Shown piece by piece: positions 36,168 to 43,969 of a stretch of DNA of 43,969 nucleotides; position 1 is the stretch's first letter, and every line of letters starts with the position of its first letter. The stretch is from Octopus sinensis (lineage: Eukaryota), in assembly GCF_006345805.1 (NCBI RefSeq), contig NW_021835355.1, positions 1 to 43,969 on the forward strand, read 5' to 3'. Below the pieces are notes generated by a model. That model did not search any database and was not told where the DNA came from. It saw only the letters and a program-made list of their open reading frames with translations. The translations under genes and the position numbers were made by a program.

Positions 36168-36950
36168 ATCAAGCTGTGGGAACTTGAGTCTATGCGCATT
36201 TTTTTGAAGATAGATTATAAATTTGATCGGCATTATAACTCTTTGATATTTCTATGAATTTTTCGATAATAAGTCGACATCTACTAGATCATTAGTTCTC
36301 ATTTCTCCATGTAACTTGGTCATTCGAAAACCATGCCTCTTTTTGAATTTATGAAGGTATCCATTTGAGTTTTTAAAATTATCCAGTTTTAATTCAGCTG
36401 CGAATAAATTAGCCTTATTTGAAATAAAAGCATCATTAAGAAAGCCACCTTAATCATAAATTAGTACAAATTACCTTTAGACTCAATCGAATCCATCCAT
36501 TCAACTAACATAGCATCAAGCTGTGGGAACTTGAGTCTATGCGCATTTTTTGAAGATAGATTTTGTTTTTACACTCTTTGAGAAAAAAATCTTTTTTCAA
36601 AATAATATTATTAATTGTTTTTCTGGAAATCTTCTTTTTAAACAAATGGGAAAATCTATCAGCCAAATACTGACATGAAACATCTTCATTTTGATTTTTA
36701 TAAGTTAAAATTTGTATTTTTTGATAAAAAGTGAGACGAGTATAATTACCACGAGAATTGTTCGAAATCATTGATGACGGAAGACATAAAATAACTGAAA
36801 TTTTATTAATTTGCAAATTATATAAAATATATTTTAAAATTTATGGTCAATTTGAGAATTGGCTACTTTCAATGGAAATTCGAATTTTTCTTAAGATAAT
36901 TTTATAAGTGTGGTTAATTTCAGAGGTGGCCAATTTCAGAGGAGTCACTG
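36168..36950 (-). mobile_element. pogo/Tigger 5' half (HTH_psq and CENP-B HTH) with a 26-nt intron
   Basis: TIR cagtgactcctctgaaattggccacc ends at 36950 next to TA. Protein RLTFYQKIQIL..FPQLDAMLVEW..SNGYLHKFKKRHG..LHGE. Truncated just before the expected first catalytic Asp. Confidence 0.85.
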
Positions 36951-37689
36951 TATATTAATTACCTGGACACAAAAAGATTATTAATCCTATCTAAAAAGAA
37001 GTTTATGTTTTAACCTAAATAACCCAAATGAATCCAGTATCGGACCAAATGTTTGGGAGACACGTCAACATTAAATTTGGATTCGGTTATTTGAGCAATA
37101 TACACACCGTAAATTGATTGTTCATTTCTCGAGATCAATTGTAATATGTTTTTTGATTTGACGACGGTTTCGCTAAAAAAATCTATATTTAATTTTCGCA
37201 TTTTTGTGCCGTCTTTGAACAATTTTATTCTCGCAAATCTCACAGTCAATTTGGGAATTTCTATCATTTTAGTTTTTTTGAACAAATAATAGTCAATGTT
37301 TATCCCCGACCAAAACTTTCTACTCACAGACGGAATTCACAACTTTTTGATATTTCTTTCTTTGCACCGGCATTTGGCCAAAATTATAAGTCGTATTACA
37401 AAATCAGTTAGGATTATTGTCAATTGAATTCACTCGTTATCTTATTCAATTGAATCCGTCCTATTTCTTGACCCAATTTCAACAGATCTTTTTCTGCTAA
37501 AAGAGGAACATCAAAGACCTCTTAGTTATAAAAATTAAAAATCATAGTATTTTGATTCCCCAATATACCCAGCTAAATCAAAAAAAGCCCTTAGTGAAAA
37601 GAAAGTCGTGCTTGGTTGTATACACAGTAAGATTGAAATCGCGTCTCTGAAGGCTCATTTGATCTTCTTGCTTATCAACAACGATCTTT

Positions 37690-37955
37690 TTATTTCTAAA
37701 TTTGCTTTTCAGTTGCGATCGATGTTTAAAAGTTTTCGATTTTAAGGGACTTAATCATTTTTCTTGCAAACTGGGTGCAGATAAATTTACCAGGCACTTA
37801 ACGTTAAACGACATTGTTAAAAAAGCTCTGAACTCAGAAATTTTTTTTCTATTTGAGAGCACGTGGGGCTTGATTGCAAAGACTTGAAACGTCCTGGCGG
37901 ATTGACACGTTTGTCGGAATGCCAAATATCTCGTTTGGGATGTACCATATGTGAA
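37690..37955 (+). mobile_element. CRE-clade zinc-knuckle/endonuclease fragment
   Basis: CDRC..GLNHFSCK..RHLTLNDIVKKAL ... LVWDVPYVNSF. Confidence 0.7.
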
Positions 37956-37999
37956 TTCCTTTCGAAATTTAATTTAATTAATTTTTTTTCACCTTCAAA

Positions 38000-38345
38000 T
38001 ATTTATTAAAGATCAATCATTTAAGACAAAAGCTTTTCGAATTTATCGCCTTGAATTAAATATTGTTATTAGAGTAGCTATTAAAAAAATTCACTGCGTC
38101 TTGGGGATAGGAACAGCACAGTATGTTTCCGGCCAACAATCTGCACCAAAATATTGTCTATTATATCAAATGTGTCCACAACTGCACATTCGGAGAAGCC
38201 AGTCTTAAAACCTCTGAGAAAACTTTATTCTCTTCTATAATCGAAGGAGCAACCAAGTCTTGTATCAGCTTTAAAAAATGTTCTTGAAAATTACCGGGAA
38301 TTTTCCTGGCATTAAATTTGCGACCAATTTATCTAAACCTCTATA
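38000..38345 (-). pseudogene. TYW5: TYW5 (tRNA wybutosine hydroxylase, JmjC) remnant
   Basis: ARKIPGNFQEHFLKLIQDL..FSEVLRLASPNVQLWTH/DIIDNILVQIVGRKH..LF/YPQDA, colinear with the TYW5 signature [32 protein letters not shown]. One in-frame stop, two frameshifts, no N-terminal third. Confidence 0.8.
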
Positions 38346-38447
38346 AATAACTAAATAACTTTATCAAACATCGCCAGATTCGACTATCAAGTACATGAAC
38401 TATTTTACCTATGTAAATAACATACAAAAATTTTATTAATTAGAAAA

Positions 38448-39468
38448 TCATAAAAAACGACTTTGTTTATCACATTTTTTAAGTTGACAAGCCTCATTAT
38501 ATGGTGGATTAATAGGAGGCTGAATAGGTTCGCGGTATACATACTCCTCCTCTCCAAACTGACATTAATTAAAGTATATATACTACTTCTAACATATAAG
38601 TTTTATCTGAATCCAATGAATTGAGATCTCCACAAAAAAGAAATTCTGGACGGAAAGAATTTTGATGTTTAAACAATAAAAATGAATTTTCTGGTGCCTT
38701 TTCCGCGCCATAAAATCCTCTGCAAACTACAAACGCTTCTGCACTCGAATTTCGACTGCTGGCAGGCTTAGCAACAGAAAGGTCCTCAAAAAACAATCTC
38801 AATTGGGAAAATAGTAGATCAGAATTTTTAGCTCGAAAAATCTAAGAACAATTTGAATTTCTCACTTTAGACATAAAAGACCCTCCTTTCTTCAACAATT
38901 TAACGGATATTTTAAGTGCCTTGTAAAAATATTAATAAACTTACTGAAAGCACAAGTTGAGCTTGCATGTACTCGTCCATGTCATGCAGTCCCGTGACTA
39001 AATAAAATAATAAACGGACAACCATCGGGAGCTCCATCACATACGACAAGGTCGGCCAAATTTCCATCCAAATTCTGAATAATCAAATCGACTGTTTTGC
39101 TCTAACAGTATTAAAATAAATATAAACATCTGTAATGTCACATTGCAGTGTAATAGCATCTTGCAGTGGCTGTATCTCCTGAACGTCCACTGACACTACT
39201 TTAAACTGATTGGAGTCATTGTGTATGTCTCTGAGATAGTTAAAATATTGTACCGCAGTCTTTTTGTTATTACTTGGGTCCAGCTTCCTGGTGCGGCACA
39301 GAGATCCACGACGTACTTGCAATCTGATTTGTTATGAGTAAGATTACTGTTAAGAAGATTGAATTGATCATCTACTTGTATGAGCTTAAAGGCACTTCTC
39401 GCTCTCCATGCTTGTTCTTTGGCAAATCTATAATATATGTCTCGTCTATCTTTAGAAGATTTTCCCAT
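38448..39468 (-). CDS. FTSJ1: tRNA (C32/G34) 2'-O-methyltransferase FTSJ1/TRM7, 8 exons
   Basis: [73 protein letters not shown]. Seven GT-AG introns of 23-28 nt. Confidence 0.95.
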
Positions 39469-39593
39469 TACAACACGAGTCTTAACAAGGATTAAAATTA
39501 TTTAAATATAAAAATTATTTTATTTTTCTTTGCTTTTTTAAATGAAAAATGCTATGGATCTCTCCAAAAGTTTGAATTTACAATACCTTAAAC

Positions 39594-40212
39594 CAGGGTT
39601 TCTTAAACGGGGGTACATGTCCCTAGGGGGTACGCGGAACATTTTTTAATTTGTTATTATTCAGATGATTTTAATAATTTAATCTTTTTTGATAGCATGC
39701 TTCATTTGTTGAAGTTTTTCAATTAAAACGCATTAAATATGATGATCACGGGACCCTTACATCATATGTATTGTCCCAGACCGCAAAACCATATATGGAG
39801 GTTTCATATGAGGTCTTTTAAACATGAATTATTGACTATGGCTAGTATGGAATATTTAATTACTTATCCAACAACATACTTATGCGAAACTGCGATGTCT
39901 TGTTTATCATTTATTAAAAATAAATCTCGTAATGGATTGAAAGTTGGAGATGATATGCGAATCGCTCTCGAATATTAGAAAACTTGTTGCAGAAAAGCAA
40001 AAACAAATACCTCACTAGAATTAAACCTTTTACACTTTTTCGGCATAAAATATTTTATTGATTTTGTTTAGTTAGAAAATAATTTATAATTAAATCATTT
40101 ATCTCAAAAAAGATATGTAAAAAAATAAAAATCGATAGTGGGTACGCGGAATCCATTTTTAACCTCAGGGGGTACAATTTATCAAAAATTTGAAAAAGGT
40201 TAAGAAACGCTG
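39594..40212 (+). mobile_element. hAT Buster-type MITE-like derivative (619 bp)
   Basis: Termini cagggtttcttaaac and ggttaagaaacgctg. Perfect TSD CCTTAAAC. ggggtacgcg subterminal motifs and a C-terminal remnant PTTYLCETAMS. Confidence 0.9.
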
Positions 40213-40299
40213 CCTTAAACTAATTGTTACTTTTCGTGTCCCGTAAACATACCGCGTAGCAAATCTGAGGAAAAGGAGTGTTCCATCAGATTTCATCTG

Positions 40300-40500
40300 G
40301 GTTCGGAAACATAAATCTGTACACCTAGCCCTCACATATGGTTACTAGACTGGTTAGATTCGGAGGAGAGTGACTACCTTATTGAACAGTTAGAAAAGAC
40401 GATACGTTCCGCATTAAAACTGGCTTACGGAGTAAAACTTGACGGAAGGCTAGAAAGAATTCTCTGTGCTTACGATCGGGATGGTCTTGGAGAAGAGCTG
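40300..40500 (+). mobile_element. Possible non-LTR fragment (post-RT GGLG region)
   Basis: LEKTIRSALKLAYGVKLDGRLERILCAYDRDGLG loosely resembles the ..LP.R.GGLG region of RLE-type elements. Confidence 0.3.
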
Positions 40501-40781
40501 TGTTGAGTAATTACAATTTGGGTTAGCATAGAAAGAGATACTTCGGTGCCTTGTTGTTTATTATTTTTTCTTGTTCTTTGGGTTTTTGGTTTTTCTTGAA
40601 CAATAAAAATAATTCAATTCAAATTCAATTAAATGGAAAAAGGTAAACAGTTTCAAAAGTTGTAGCTTACAAACAATCAATGAATTTATTATAATGAACC
40701 ATCCTCGATGAATTTTTGAGAAAAAGAGCGTCTTACAGTGCAGACTTCAAAATTTGAGTTCCAGTTAACACACGACAAATA

Positions 40782-42018
40782 CAGTGAATACTCCCAAATT
40801 CGCCATTTTTGGTTCCGTCATTTTTTGCGGCGAATTTGAGAAATGGTGAATTTCAGAATATAATCAATAATTTTTGAATGTGAATAGAAATGTTTAATAA
40901 TTCGAAAACAGCCAAAAGTGACGTAATTGAAAAAAATAATTTTATTTTAACAAAGAATTATGCTTTTTTATCAAAGTAATATTCCAGTCCTGTTTGTTGT
41001 CTCTTTGTATTTTGATTTTTTTCTTCAAATCTTCGAATTGAAGTAACTATACCATTTTCAAGTCAATTTGACAATTACAAACTTCAAATGTCATCTGCAA
41101 AAATGGTATAGACGCACATCTTCGTTTTCGACAATTTCGATTAGTGACTTCTCAATTTCTTTTAATTTTACACCAATCTCATTTCTAGTGAGATGAAATA
41201 TTGTTTGTTCATTTGAAGGAAAAATTTTTATCTGCAGATTGTTCTTCAAGATCTTCATTATCGAAATTACTTTCTTCGCTAATTGCATTTTCTTCTAAAT
41301 AATTTATAGGATTTCCCTTGCCATCGTACGAGGTAACTGTTTCTCCATCTACGAAGCGGGGAAGTCCTCTAACTAACTTTATCACATTTAATTACATTGA
41401 TTTCATTAAAAAAAATAAATTAGTTTTAATTTATAGAAATGAATTTTTCAATTTGAATAGGATCATAAATATCTGTTTTAATTATCAATTCATCAATTAA
41501 ATTTTTATCTGTAGACTGTTCATCAAAATCTATTATTTTCAGTTTTTGAAGTAATTTTCAATAGTTTTCGAGCATACGTCTTCCCAAGCCATTTTTATAA
41601 AAAAAACAGTGTCCTTAAGATTTAAATGTTTATAGGATTCATAAACCGAAACTTTGTCAGTTTCCAAAATTATAGTGAGATAAAATAATTGGTGCCTATT
41701 AAAGTGCACTTTAAATGTTTTGATAATTCCCAAGTCCATTGGTTGAATTATTCTTATTGCATTTTTAGGAAAGAACATAATTTTTATCTGCCCATGCAAT
41801 TTTCTCAGACGGAATTCATGTCTTTTTTCAAACTTGAACAAGAACTTTTTAAAAATGTATTATTTATCCATATTTTTGTATTTTTTATTTAAAAATTTTA
41901 AAAAATTGTGGCGAATTTCAGAATTGGCGAATTTCCATTGAAACTAGAATTTTTTTTAAAAAAAGGCGAATCTAAGAATTGGCGAATTTAAGAATGGCGA
42001 ATTTGGGGGTATTCACTG
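40782..42018 (-). mobile_element. pogo/Tigger deletion derivative
   Basis: 26-bp TIRs cagtgaatac(t/c)cccaaattcgccatt with TA flanks. DDE_1 C-terminus FFPKNAIRIIQPMDLGIIKTFK, acidic tail and a QTGLEYYF PIP-box-like end. Confidence 0.88.
41310..41377 (+). mobile_element. About 70-bp extreme 3' end of an RLE-type (CRE-like) retroelement inside the pogo element
   Basis: GC-rich island translating ISLAIVRGNCFSIYEAG (compare ISxAIQRGN) and ending in a ctaactaac tail. Confidence 0.5.
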
Positions 42019-42451
42019 TATTTGATATCAGTCCGAATACTATTAACAGATGTCTATGACGTTCAGTACACAGTAAAACAAACTGTGAAAATTCCAGCAA
42101 AGCGAAATATTAACACTATTATTTAACTAGAAAAAAATTATGCTGATAATTTTCGACGATTAAAAATGGAAAGCGATGATATGAGCAGCATTTTTTAGTA
42201 TAAAGTATGATTTTCAGTTTGTACGCGTGCGAAAAAGAGAGTCAAGTCTGGAAACTTAGCCTATTTGACGGTGCAGAAACATACATGTTTTGCGCCAATG
42301 AACAAATATGGAATCATTTTTTATGAAATTTGGAGTCAAAAACCGAATTGGAGTTGAAAAATACGATTAGTGAAATGGTGGATGAAATAACAGTTAACAC
42401 TGTGACTCTTTTTGTCTAGCTTATATGTGGTTTAAAAGCTAATTTTTGGAG

Positions 42452-43465
42452 CAGTGGTTCTCAAACTGGGGTACGCGAAATTCTGTAGGGGGTACGCGAA
42501 AATTTTTTGAAAATCTATTTAATTTTCGTTTCAACATAAAAAAGTTATTATTCTAATTATAATAAAAATCATAATTAAATTAAATAATTAATAATAAAAT
42601 AAATCTCCACGCTACTAGTTTTTCTTATGAGTTTACCTGTTAACAAGATTCGAAAATACAACGATAGTTATCTCAACTATGGATTTTATTTTGTGATTAA
42701 AAACGGTGTGCCACATCCGCAGTGTATTATTTGCCAAAAGATTCTTTGCCCTGAATCCATGAAACCTTCATTACTTTCTCGGCATCAAGTTTCTAATCAT
42801 TTCGAAACTATCGGAAAACCAAATGACTTTTTTAAGAACAAAAAAGATAATATTCGGAAAATAGACGATTCTTTCAATTTTGACATTAATTTTTTATTAT
42901 CAAAACTCTCTTACATGATTTCATATCGGATCGCAAAAGCCAAAAAACCACATACAATTGCCAAGAATCTTATTATACCGTGCATTAATGAAGTAGATCT
43001 TAAGTTTTTTGTCAATCCTTTTTCCGTAAAAGTTAATGTTTTGCCTTCAAATATTCAAGAAGAAGTTATTGAATTAATAAATTCTTACGAGTCAAAAATC
43101 TTATTTGAATCTGCACCATTAATTGAATTTTGGTGTAAAATGACATCAAAATATCACAATATTGGATTTTATATAATCGATTTTTTGCTTTTGTTTCCGA
43201 CTACATATCTCTGCGAACAAGGATTTTCATCGTTGTTTAATTTAAAATCAGTTCATCGTGCGAGGCTGAATGTTGTTCATGATATTCGGGTGTGTCTTTC
43301 GTCAAAGGATCCAGAAATCGATAGATTAGTGATTGATAAACAACACCATCCATCTCATTAATTAAATATTTTTTTTCCTTAATTTTTTAAAAATCGATAA
43401 GGGGTACGCGAAAAATTATTTAGATGGCAAGGGGTACGCAAGGAAAAAAAGTTTGAGAACCACTG
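42452..43465 (+). mobile_element. hAT Buster-type element with an in-frame internal deletion ORF (244 aa)
   Basis: cagtggttctcaaac TIRs and TSD TTTTGGAG/TTTGGGAG. ORF 42627-43361 joins the BED finger and AKAKKPHTIA directly to the dimerisation region (FPTTYLCEQGFS..HHPSH). Confidence 0.92.
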
Positions 43466-43489
43466 TTTGGGAGGTTCGACAAAGAATTC

Positions 43490-43590
43490 TTAATGCATCA
43501 ACACTAATGCTTGCACTTTTGAAGTTAATGCTAGAATAACCCTATATATTCAAAAACTTTAAAAAAATATTTTTCAAAAATTTTTATAAT
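43490..43590 (+). repeat. Dispersed repeat also present at about 25930-26030
   Basis: atgcatcaacactaatgcttgcacttttgaagttaatgctagaataaccctatatat versus atgcattaacactaatgtttgcgttttcgaggttaaagctcagaaaaccttatatat. Confidence 0.55.
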
Positions 43591-43969
43591 ATTTTGATGG
43601 GATTTTTAAAATTTATTACAAAATTGAGTAGGTGATTTACTCTTCCTTAAATTGAAAAAAAAGAAAATATAAACCAAGAAGTTATATTTCACTGGAATTT
43701 AATTAATCGTTGAACTGATTTATAATTAACGAAACTAATGATTTTAAAATCGATTGTTTTTCTATATATATTTTATGATTATGGTATTTCAAAAAAGGAT
43801 GAATCAGTAATCAAAAACATTTATTCAAAGTAAAAACAATTATATATCCAAATCATATCCACCATTCAATTCAAAATGTAAATACACCTTTTCCTTAATA
43901 CGTTTGCATCCACTTTTTGAGAAAAATGGCATATTCGGAGGATAAAAACTCATATGATTTATAACCGAC

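Noticed and set aside
37010-37560. Integrase zinc-binding-like remnant and ORF 37010-37327
   Set aside because: Only a loose FWP..KEISKSCEF resemblance with no DDE motifs. Left unassigned.
42030-42450. Decayed coding sequence interrupted by the hAT
   Set aside because: Codon-like stretches with multiple stops and no recognisable family.

Overview
Eukaryotic, very AT-rich nuclear DNA in the standard genetic code. No prokaryotic features or CRISPR array. Six intact host genes are split by many ultrashort spliceosomal introns (about 21-35 nt): MRPL20, an SLC5 sodium:solute symporter, NAA25, a SMYD-family SET/MYND protein, SUCO/SLP1 and FTSJ1/TRM7. A decayed TYW5 lies next to FTSJ1. The genes sit in compact islands among dense, partly nested transposons: Tc1, pogo/Tigger, hAT (Buster- and SPIN-like), Ginger-like integrases, RTE, I/Jockey-like and CRE-like non-LTR elements, and a tRNA-derived SINE. 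There is also a telomere-like 46/51-bp minisatellite. Metazoan-type genes, a mitoribosomal protein and roughly 25-nt introns suggest a reduced parasitic animal such as a myxozoan, orthonectid or dicyemid (inference, not determined). Best leads: host-sized mini-introns inside DNA transposases; a young RTE insertion with a 5' inversion and twin-priming signature; a SMYD protein with an intact frame but substituted catalytic residues; the TYW5 pseudogene beside its pathway partner FTSJ1; and the telomere-like array inside a TIR element. All family assignments come from recognising motifs by eye. No database search was run, and exon boundaries are manual reconstructions.
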